NCBI RefSeq assembly: GCF_000400465.1
Contig: NW_008806278.1
Coordinates: forward strand, 322,592-384,591
DNA length: 62,000 bases
Reading direction: 5' to 3'
Source: Wallemia ichthyophaga EXF-994
Taxonomy: Eukaryota > Fungi > Basidiomycota
Every line of letters starts with the position of its first letter. Position 1 is the first letter of the stretch. Below, piece after piece: positions 11,502-20,957 of the stretch. Position numbers and translations under genes: made by a program. A model generated the notes under the pieces. The model saw nothing but the letters and a program-made list of their open reading frames with translations. It was not told the origin of the DNA and made no database searches.

Positions 11502-13291
11502 TTAGACTGATTCCGTTGATTGCGTTGGCTGAGAAGGGGTCTTGTCTTTGTCGTCGCCGTTGTCATCTGAGCATGCGAGATGTTGAGCGAAGCGGGAAGT
11601 TGATCTAATTCTCGCGCCTGTATGTTTGGGGAGGAGTTGTGAGTGAGGAGCGACAGAAAAGAACAAGACGAACCCAAGAAAAATAACACGTAACTAGTCA
11701 GCGAGAAAACGACGGCAGCACATCCGATGATAGTAGGAGCGAGTTGAAAGCCAACGTTATCGAAGAAAGTGTTAGTGAAGAGAGGCCAGAAACCAGCGCA
11801 TAGATTGCGAACGATACTGAGACTAGCCACGCCACTAGCAGCGAAGGGACCGTAAGCGTCCATGACATACTGGGTAGCTGCGAGATAGATGGTGAATAAC
11901 GCGCAGCTGATAACGGCCAGACCGACACACGGAGCTACAAAGGGGAGGTAGGAGTAGGATGTCCACCCGTAGATGAAACAGCCAATGGGGAGGAGCGGAC
12001 CGATGAGCATTGCGGCATATAGCCGCGCTTCAGGTCCGCGGATGTCCAGCTTGCGCGCATATAGCTTATCTTGTACACAAAAATTGAAGAGAAGCGATAC
12101 ACTCACGCCGACGACTAGACTCGTGTAGATGGCCGCCAGCTGCCCCTGGTTCATGTCGTAGAGCGTGCCGAAGACGTGCGAGATGGAGCCAATGATGGCG
12201 AAGTAGAACGACCATGCCAGGGCTAGCCATGCGCTGAAGAAGGTGATCTGCGGGTGTGTTGTGAGTGGGATTGTTGTGTATGGGCCGACAGAAAAGCAAG
12301 ACAAAGGTAACGGTGGCTACTCACGATAGGCTCGCGCACGAGCATTTCCAGCGGTCTGCAACACGACACTCTAAGCAGCTGCCCCAGCGCAGGTTTCTGT
12401 ATCTTGCTAGTGTAAGGGAGGTGAGTGGAGCGGGCGAGCGCGGCAGCTTTGCGGAGGAGAATAACATGTGGACGGGTCTCGCGCAGCACGGCGAACAGAA
12501 ACACAGCCCACACGCCCGCCATTCCCATCTGTATGAACTGGATCAGACGCCATCCGCTGCGCGCGTCGTAAACAATAAGCCACCCGAACGGTATAGGTAG
12601 GAGGCCCATGGCGAATACAGCAGAGAAGGCGAAGAGAGCTACGACAGTATCCTTCGCACGGCCAGCCGCCATCACGTCCGAGATGGTGCCAGAGACGAGC
12701 GATGTGCCCGCAGAAGCGAAGGCGCCCTGGAGGAAACGACAAACGACAACGGTGGCCATATTGCGTGCGAGAGCTATAGGCAGGAACAGAAGGAAATAGA
12801 GGGTATAGCTGATCTGATACATGGCATTCCGGCCGAGCTCTTCGGAGAGTGGGGCGAGGAGGGGCGGACTGATGCTGTAGCCGACTATGTACATCCCGAG
12901 GGCTAGCTCGCCGAGGAGGTCCGTGGAGTCAAGGTCAGACACCATCTGTGCCTGGCCCTGAGAGAAGGCGGAGGAACAGCCCGAGATGAGGAAACAGAAG
13001 CCTATTGTGGCGATGAGGATAAGCTTTTTGCGGCTGCGTGGAGTGAGTGCGGTTGTGCGTGTGTGTGGTTATTACGAACGCTGTGGACCAGTGGAGTGGG
13101 TTGTCGCTGTGGCCGTGCTCGTCGAGATCGTCGAGAGGGTCGAACTCGACGTAGATGGGGCTGCTTGTGGCTGCGGTGCTTATTTTATTGCTGTTAATGT
13201 TACTGTTGCTGCTCTCCAGACTCTGGGTGCTGTTATCGCGTAGAATTACAGCGGTGCTTGAGGTGCTTGAGGAATTTGTGAGCTGAGTCAT
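11502..13291 (-). CDS. MFS transporter, DHA1 (drug/polyamine:H+ antiporter) family, spliced
   Basis: EFDPLDD...DNPLHWS, PLLAPLSEELGRNAMY, CRFLQGAFASAG..LVSGTISDV, ETRPHVILLRKA, PEARL, YVMDAY..FAAS. Ends GARIRSTSRFA...STESV*. Confidence 0.9.
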
Positions 13292-13418
13292 TGGTGTTCA
13301 GTGACGATTGAGCGAAGAGCATTGAATGCGTATCTGGTAGTCTATTTTAGACTAAGAATTGCATGCTTATGCTCATACCCATAACTCACACAGAACACGG
13401 TGCATTCCAGCAACCATC

Positions 13419-13982
13419 ATGAACCGCCAGCAGGGCTACAGAAGGTTACTAAAGTCTGCGCAGAGTGCAGCGTGGAAATCGCGGCGTTCACAGAAGCAGC
13501 TCCATCGTCTTCTGCGGAATGAGTTTCAAGTGGCTGGGGCGTTTGGGGGGAGTGAGGAATTGACTACGCGTGGTATGAGTATATTATTTGCAATAGCTCT
13601 CATCTAACTTCACTTGTCAGTGAAAGCCACCGAGCATTTTCACCGTGAAGCTACCAACACGGGCACAACGGCACACAAGGTTATCAAAAATATCACAGAC
13701 ATATACCATTCCCATACTTCACCAAAAAATACACGCAATAGACGCAAGACGGTCGCTGCGGGGAGGTGGAATGCACTCGACCCGCCACAACCCACGGCCA
13801 CCACCAAAGCAGCACAGAAAATGCACTTAAAACACGCAGAAGCTGTAGACAGGATGCGTTATATAAACCGTGCTCCGCTCTGGCTGGGCGAAGTGGTGGC
13901 CCAGGCGGAGCAAACATCGGGAGTAATTCTGGGCAGGTTGAGGGGTGGAGAAGGTGGAGAAGGTAAAGGGGATGAGCGGTAG
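13419..13982 (+). CDS. Small basic protein with LYR-like N-terminus (possibly mitochondrial, Complex1_LYR/DUF1763-like), one intron
   Basis: MNRQQGYRRLLKSAQSAAWKSRRSQKQLHRLLRNEF, then GTATGA...CAG intron (~13573-13620), then the frame of ORF 13614-13982. Confidence 0.45.
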
Positions 13983-14041
13983 TGACAGAGTTGTTGAGTA
14001 ACTGTGGAATAGCATCGCATCATCAAATAAATCATCAATCA

Positions 14042-15685
14042 TCAAACATTATCAATGATATCTTCAAATTCTTCACTCATACTCATGCCATCGGGTATAT
14101 CTGCAGGTTTAATGTGTGTACTGGTTATATCTGTAGCTTTAGTAGCCTTGGTGCTTCGTGTTTGTACATTTGCATCAGTGTTGGCATCATCCACGGGCCT
14201 CTTCTTGCGTTTTTGTTCATGTGACTGCGTTTGTGACTGCATTTGCGACTGCGTAAGGTCGTATCTATCACCCACAACCACTTGCTTAGCAGCAACCTCA
14301 TTCTGGGAGTGCAAATACGATGCCAATTCCTCATCACTAAATAGTTCGCTATCGGAAATATCGTCGCTGACTTTATCAGTGAATCTAGTGCGTGTGGGAT
14401 GAGCATGAGCAGGACCCAATACGCGCTCGATATCGGCAATCAGCCTTCGAGATGCGTCTACGCTGATAACGGCAGGCTGTCTATCGCGTACGAACGCCAC
14501 TGCAGCTGCGGCAAAGGGGGTGTTGCTGGTGTTTGCGGCCGAGTTGAAGCTGGAGCTGGGCTTATTCCTGCGCAAGTCGGGTGTAAAAGTGTGTGCGAGA
14601 GATTGCGTGTCGAGGTGTGTGAGGGCATACTGCACCACATTGCCCACCCACGCCAGCGACGTGTAGCGATGTTTCTGGTTCTGCGTATGCGTGCCATGGT
14701 CACCGCTATTGCTCGCACTCCTCTTCCGTTTGAGTTCACAGATGGCTTGTTCGAGGATGGGTATGTGCATTCGAGCGATTTTCCTTAGCAGGCTGAGCAG
14801 CTCGCGGGTGGCATTGGCGACGGCGCGGTGCGAAACGGAAATGGAGAGGGAGGGAGCTGCACTATCACTATTCGCACACCGGCTCAGTAACGCGATAAGC
14901 TGTCTGCGCCCGCTCGAACCCACACCCGCACCCATACTCACGCTCGAATGCGACTCGATGGCTAGTGTCGCCATGGCCACCGCTACGGGACGCCCGCGCC
15001 GCCTGTTGTCGAGGTAGTTGGTATGAGAGGCGAGGGTGAGCAAGTCACGGGCCAAGTTGTGTACGCTACGGAGGTCCAATGTGTGCAGTTGCTGCTCATC
15101 TTGAAACTGTGTTTCCACTCCCTTCTCCCTCATCCTTTGAGCCTGCGCAAAGAGCCCATCGAGGGCTGCGCTGACAGACGCGCATACATCGACACCCGCT
15201 TGGAAGTTGAGCGCGCGCTTGATGCGCCGCACAGTGCGTACTGTCCGCCTGACCGTCTCGGCATCAGGCTGGATGTTGGCAGCCATGAGGATGCGGGGGA
15301 GGGAGAAACTGTAGGCGGGGGAGTGATGCGTGTTGGTCGTACTCGCACCCAGAAGTACGCAGGCGCAGAGGAAGAAGGCAGCGGCGGGTGTGCGGGTGTA
15401 GACGCGCGTGCTGGCTTGCTGCCACACATGCAAGGCGGGCGCGAGGAGATGGGGAGCGAGGATGCGCGTGCAGATGGATTGCAGGGCGTGTTGGACGTGG
15501 TCGGCGGAGGCTGGTGGGTGTGTCTGCTTCCGCGTCGGCTGTGCCGCGTCCACGGCACCTCTGCCTCCGACATACCCCTCGTCGAGATAGACCCCGAGCA
15601 CCGCGGCACATTCGGAAGAAGAACAGATATACGCCCGCGCACTGTCGTCGTATTCGCCGACACTGGCGCAGTGTGGGCAGATCAT
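14042..15685 (-). CDS. TFIIB-family factor, BRF2-like (TFIIIB 50 kDa subunit-like), intronless
   Basis: N-terminal Zn ribbon CPHC...CSSSEC, two cyclin-like helical repeats, and C-terminal acidic motif [28 protein letters not shown] resembling the Brf TBP-binding motif. Confidence 0.7.
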   Translation of the reverse strand: [547 protein letters not shown]

Positions 15686-15814
15686 GGTGGTTGAGATGAA
15701 TAAATAAATGAATGAATAAAATAAATAATTAATAAATAAATAAAATGCAAATTGTAATTTGACTGATATTCTCCTTGTTCACATCTTGACATCTTGCATC
15801 TCGTCTCTCATCTG

Positions 15815-16791
15815 ATGAAGATAAGCAGAGCGGTGAACCGGGCGTTGAAAGGGAGCGGGAGTGTGCGCGTGGCAGGGAGTGTGAGTGGAACGGGTGGCGT
15901 ACAGAACAAGCACCAGGCAACGAGCACGACGAGCACGACGACGTTACCCAACAAACCCACACTGCGCAAAGATATAAAATTCAACAAACTATCGCAGTGG
16001 CCGGATCTGGGGGCATTTTACCCGCGGCTGGATGTAGCCCAAGGGGAGGATCCTCTCAAGGCAGGCTTGCCCAGCGAGACTGAGGTGCTCGAAGGGGAGC
16101 GTCAAAAGGCCATTACAAAGATGTACCAAGGGGGTGAGCAGTGCGTTTACAGCTAAACATCCACTCACCCACTCCAGACCCGCTACACGAGCTGAGCAAG
16201 AGTCTTCCTTATACACTCGCCCACCTCCGCTCGCTCACCGAATACACCTTCCCGCTCATCACCAAGCGCGTCATGCAGCAGACAAGCAAAGGGAAGATCA
16301 TGAGCAAGTATGCGTTGGTAGTCGTCGGTAACGGCAAAGGCATGGTGGGCGTGGGCGAAGGCAAGGGTGACAGCAACGGCGATGCTATCCGTAAAGCTAC
16401 CATAGCCGGCGTGCGCGAAATGGATTATGTCGATAGATTTCAAGACCGTACCGTTTATGGTGAACTTAAATCTAAGGTGGGCGCTTCAGTCGTCGAGTTG
16501 AGAAGCAGGCCGGCGGGATTCGGACTTCGGTGCAACCCGTTCGTCCACCAAGTCGCCAAGGCGGCAGGCATCGAAGACCTCAGTGCCAAGTGCAGGAGAA
16601 GCAAGAACAGTATGCAGGTGGTTAAAGCCACCCTCAAGGCTCTGCATGGCGGCGCTCAGCCACAACTTATGAGCAAGAGTGGTATCGTCAAAGTGCCCCG
16701 TCTCGAGAAGGGCGCGGGTATGAAGAGTGCTGAGGAGATCGGTTTGGAAAGGGGCAGACAAATGGAATGGGTGCGCAAGCAGGTGTACTAA
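15815..16791 (+). CDS. MRPS5: Mitochondrial ribosomal protein uS5m, one intron
   Basis: KRVMQQTSKGKIMSKYALVVVGNGKGMVGVGEGK, ELRSRPAGFGLRCNP, AGIEDLSAK..RSKNSMQVVKAT. Arg/Ser-rich presequence. Intron ~16134-16187. Confidence 0.92.
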
Positions 16792-16826
16792 ATGGAAATA
16801 TAGATACATATACATATACGAATACA

Positions 16827-17429
16827 CTAAGGTGTAAAATTTTCACCCTTCTTACTCTCCTCAATGACATGACGAGACTTGTTGAGGTTGGCTTTGCTCA
16901 AGTAGCGGGATTTCATGTCGTTGCTGAGATGCTTCCAGCGGTGGGAGGCCTGTTTGAGGTGGTTTGAGAAGGATTGTTGGGTTGTTGTGGGGTGGTTCGA
17001 CTGCACGGGTTTAAACTCGGAAATGAAGAGCTGCCAGGGAGTGGGAGGACTGCGTTGGTGTCTTGGATAAACATTCGGTCTCAGGCGTGTTGGTGGGTGT
17101 TTGAGTGGGTGTTTCTGGTGAAATTCTTCAAGCAACTCGAATTGCATACTGCGGATGAGCTTGTAGTCGTGCTTGTTGATAGTGCCGCGCGAGTTGATGG
17201 GAGGGAGCGTGGACGCTTGCTGGATGTATCGGTGCTTGGACTCAGCGTCGAGCTGGCTCCACCTCTCAGCAGCCACCTTGACATCCAACTTGTTCTGCTT
17301 GAGGAACAGCATATAGCCCGTCAACTTGGTGTTGATGGGTGGAGTGAGATGCCTAATCTTATCAGATAAACTGGAGTATAAATTTTTATTTTTCTGATAA
17401 GCGTGTATGCGGGAAACGAGGGAGGACAT
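16827..17429 (-). CDS. Two-HMG-box protein, probably mitochondrial nucleoid Abf2/TFAM-like
   Basis: LTGYMLFLKQ..VKVAAERWSQLDAESKHRY and PPTPWQLFISEF..LKQASHRWKHLSNDMKSRY. Basic N-terminus without acidic residues. Confidence 0.7.
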   Translation of the reverse strand: MSSLVSRIHAYQKNKNLYSSLSDKIRHLTPPINTKLTGYMLFLKQNKLDVKVAAERWSQLDAESKHRYIQQASTLPPINSRGTINKHDYKLIRSMQFELLEEFHQKHPLKHPPTRLRPNVYPRHQRSPPTPWQLFISEFKPVQSNHPTTTQQSFSNHLKQASHRWKHLSNDMKSRYLSKANLNKSRHVIEESKKGENFTP

Positions 17430-17451
17430 TGGTGGTTGGGGAGTAAGAAGG

Positions 17452-18000
17452 ATGACGAATCAGATAACGCTGATCAGCTGCTACAACAAGAAATACCAGG
17501 TGGAAATGTTCCACTTGCTTAGCAGGAGCGAGATGTTTAGGGAGGTGCTGGAAGGTGGTGGTGGGAGTGCTGAGGAGGACAAGGACATTGAAATACAAAC
17601 TACAGAAACAAATAAGCAGCTGGATGATTATATCAGGTTGATTACCAGTGCCCAGCTGCCCGATAACAGCCTCATTTACTTTAAAGATCTACTTCAACTT
17701 ACAGACAAATACAAGGACATAACATCGACCAAGATAATTGAGCAGCACCTGATAATATCCTCAAGCGAATTCAACAAACTCGATTTATACTCGTGTGCGT
17801 GTCGATTCCAACTCAGCAACCTCAAATCAAACCAGCTTAATCTGATAAACAAGGAAGATCTCGGTGAGCTATCCGAAGACTCGAACCTCGGCTCCGTCGA
17901 CCTATACGACCTCATCAAACACTCCCACAAAGACCGAAAATTTGAAGATCCTGTTGAGAGTGTACAATCCAACTTTGATAATTACAGGGCCATGTATTGA
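17452..18000 (+). CDS. BTB/POZ-like domain protein
   Basis: [30 protein letters not shown]...[10 protein letters not shown] matches the fungal BTB pattern (L.SSDG..F.V...L...S..F..ML; AADKY). Confidence 0.6.
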   Translation: MTNQITLISCYNKKYQVEMFHLLSRSEMFREVLEGGGGSAEEDKDIEIQTTETNKQLDDYIRLITSAQLPDNSLIYFKDLLQLTDKYKDITSTKIIEQHLIISSSEFNKLDLYSCACRFQLSNLKSNQLNLINKEDLGELSEDSNLGSVDLYDLIKHSHKDRKFEDPVESVQSNFDNYRAMY

Positions 18001-18113
18001 TTGCTGTATCCACGCTTTTTACTTTTGCATTTTATGACATCATCACTCCATTATTCTCTACGCTCGCCCAATTCGCCCACTCCTACCAAACCACAGCTCG
18101 CACTCCTCCAATC

Positions 18114-19211
18114 ATGTCCCAAGAAGACAGCAGTTTCGTCAAGCTTAGTGTGTTTGGTAATATATTCCAAGTCACCACCAGGTATACCGACCTGCAGCCT
18201 GTTGGCATGGGCGCTTTCGGTCTCCTCTGCTCCTCCACTGACCAGAAGTCCGGTGGCCCTGTCGCCATAAAAAAAGTCATGAAGCCCTTCTCCGCGCCCG
18301 TACTCGCAAAACGCACTTACCGCGAACTAAAACTCCTGAAACACCTCCGCCATGAGAACATCATTTCCTTGTTAGACGTTTTCATTTCCCCAGGCGAGGA
18401 TATCTACTTTATCACTGAATTGCTCGGTACTGACCTCCACCGTCTTCTCTCCTCACGCCCCCTCGAAAGGCAGTTCGTTCAGTATTTCCTCTACCAGATG
18501 CTCCGTGCTCTTAAATTCGTACACCCAGCTGGCGTCGTCCACCGCGACTTGAAACCTTCCAACATCCTCATCAACGAAAACTGCGACCTCAAAATCTGTG
18601 ATTTCGGTTTGGCCAGGTTGCAAGATCCCCAGATGACTGGTTATGTCTCTACGAGGTACTACAGGGCACCTGAGATCATGCTTACTTGGCAAGAGTACGA
18701 TTCCGCCGTTGATATTTGGTCTGTCGGTTGCATTTTTGCCGAAATGATCGACGGCAGACCCATCTTCCCCGGCAAAGACCACGTCCATCAGCTCACCGTC
18801 ATCACCGAGCTGCTCGGCTCACCGCCTGAGGATGTCATCAACACCATCACATCCGAAAACACTCGCCGTTTCGTAGACGCTTTACCAAAGAGACACAAAA
18901 TTTCCTTCGCCGACCGCTTCCCTAATGCCAACGCGGAGGAGATCGACTTGCTGGAAAAAATGCTCGACTTTAACCCCAAGAAGAGAATTACAGCCGCAGA
19001 CGCCCTCGCTCACCCTTACCTCGCTCCTTACCACGATCCAGAAGATGAACCTACGGCTAACGAACGCTTCGATTGGTCGTTCAACGACGCTGATCTCCCT
19101 ACTGATCAGTGGAAGGTGATGATGTACTCTGAGATACTCGACTTCCACAACGTCGACGTCAAGTCGGAGAAGGATATGACTCCTAGCACTACCACCGCTG
19201 GTGCTCACTAG
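18114..19211 (+). CDS. HOG1: Hog1/p38-type stress MAP kinase (365 aa), intronless
   Basis: [36 protein letters not shown] (TGY), docking region [13 protein letters not shown] and [24 protein letters not shown]. Confidence 0.97.
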   Translation: MSQEDSSFVKLSVFGNIFQVTTRYTDLQPVGMGAFGLLCSSTDQKSGGPVAIKKVMKPFSAPVLAKRTYRELKLLKHLRHENIISLLDVFISPGEDIYFITELLGTDLHRLLSSRPLERQFVQYFLYQMLRALKFVHPAGVVHRDLKPSNILINENCDLKICDFGLARLQDPQMTGYVSTRYYRAPEIMLTWQEYDSAVDIWSVGCIFAEMIDGRPIFPGKDHVHQLTVITELLGSPPEDVINTITSENTRRFVDALPKRHKISFADRFPNANAEEIDLLEKMLDFNPKKRITAADALAHPYLAPYHDPEDEPTANERFDWSFNDADLPTDQWKVMMYSEILDFHNVDVKSEKDMTPSTTTAGAH

Positions 19212-19397
19212 GGTATTAAAAGGGCTTGTTTTTTGTTACTTTACGATTATTATATATGACGCATTATAGTTAATTGTGCGGGTGTGCTTTCTTACAAAGA
19301 CAGACTTTATGTATTTCCCGTCATGAACCTGGCACACTGTTGTCTATAATCTACTGTCTACTCTCCACTGTCCACCGTTCACCGTCCACTCTCGAAA

Positions 19398-20830
19398 ATG
19401 ACCATGATGGGAAGCCTGCGGGTGTCGCGAAGAGTATCCATGTGCATGTTGAAGGCAGGAGCCAATGCGCCTGCAACAGCATCCAAGCACTGTTACAGCG
19501 GCAGAAACATTTACAATAACAACATGGGTGCACACCGCCACTACACGCAAACGCAGCAGCCACCAAAGGGAATTCGACAAGGTGAGTAAGAGTGGCAGAC
19601 TGTGTGTCACTCAAACATCCACTTACGCTCCACTAGGCACCCTATTCGCCATACTGGCATGCACAGGACTGGGAGTAACCATATATTCGCTGTGAGGGGA
19701 ATGATTGATTGCATTCACAACCCACTCACACCCACAGACTCGAGTACTACTCTGCTTTCAACCAATGGCCACCCTCTCTCCGCGCGGATCTGCGTCTAGC
19801 CGTAAAAGCGCAGCGAGGACGCGACTACAACCGCGCAGAAGAGCATTGGCGACGCGTGATCGACCGTGCGGAACAACTTCCCGAGAGTGAATTCGAGAGC
19901 GAGGGTGGATTGGGTGTGTCGAAGCCACTCGTCGTCACCGGTTTGCACATCTCCCTCGCTCATATGCTCGAAGTGGTCGGGAGGAGTGAGGGCGGAGGCA
20001 GCGGCAAGGCTGGCGAGCGCATCAGTGACGCGCATCGGTTGCTCTCTACGGCACTCAGCTACCTCCTGCGCCAACAGCACAAAGAAGACGCGCCTCCCGC
20101 TGAAACTCACAGAGCTATCGCTCTCGCTGTTAAACTCGGTGATATGGCCTACACTATGCGCAGCACAAGTGCGCAACATTACTACGAATGGGCTCTCGAT
20201 GAGATGTTCCGTGTGTCGCGCGTGGAGAAGGCGCGCAAGGAAAATGAGAGTGAGAGGGACGGGGAAAAGGCGTTGGAGAAACAGCCCGACAACACCCACG
20301 CTCACTCCCTTATGACGCACCAACTCGACCTCCCGAAGTGGGTGGCTGTGTCCGACCTCGGCGGCTGTCTCGAGCGTTTAGCAGCTATATATGGCGAGAG
20401 CGGACACGCTGAGATGGCCATACCATTGTATATGCAGGCTATCACTCTCCTCCTACCCCCACCCACTTTCAGACTGCACCAACCATCCACTTCTGACACT
20501 TGTAGAGCCGCCTTACTCATGACTAACCTCGCTAGCGTTCTCACCGCTCATCCCTCATCTAAGAACTTGGACAACGCTCTCAAGTGGGCTGATAAAGCGG
20601 TGGACCTGGTAACTCACGCTGACAGCGCGCACTCGGACAAAATTTGCAATCACACCCTCGCCGTCGGCCTGTTCAACGTCGGTGTCTTGAATGAAATGCT
20701 CAATCACCCTTCTACCGCCCTTGATAATTACAACAGGGCCTCCGAACACAGCGACAAATACGGCCTCGTTGCTGCAAAATTACAGTCTAAAGAGGCGTCG
20801 AGGAGGGTGAGGAGTGATTTAAGAAACTAA
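19398..20830 (+). CDS. Mitochondrial TPR protein with one TM helix (Mgr3/TTC19-like), spliced
   Basis: Presequence-like exon 1 (MTMMGSLRVSRR...), TM exon TLFAILACTGLGVTIYSL, then TPR-like helices in ORF 19709-20830. Two GTGAG introns. Confidence 0.65.
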
Positions 20831-20957
20831 TCAATGTTCATGCACAACTTAGTAATCCCATTATAAATGTATATTATCCTCGCCTACCTCAGCCATTCAA
20901 TAAACCAATCAATGTCCATGCATAACTTAAAAACCTTAGTGAAAATAAATTATTGCC

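Noticed and set aside
15023-15694. 223-aa plus-strand ORF and other ORFs stacked over the BRF2-like gene
   Set aside because: Shadow ORFs of a GC-rich coding region; low-complexity G/V/A translation with no domain.
15700-15750. AATA/TAAA-rich run between the BRF2-like gene and MRPS5
   Set aside because: Consistent with an ordinary A/T-rich nucleosome-depleted bidirectional promoter, not a transposon end or array.
17997-18113. 39-aa N-terminal extension of Hog1 in the ORF track
   Set aside because: Starts at TTG overlapping the BTB stop codon; Hog1 homology begins at ATG 18114.
19344-19614. Cys-rich small minus-strand ORFs (CCYCKCFCRC)
   Set aside because: Antisense of exon 1 of the TPR gene and of the 7-bp repeat; no signal peptide or hydrophobin 8-Cys pattern.
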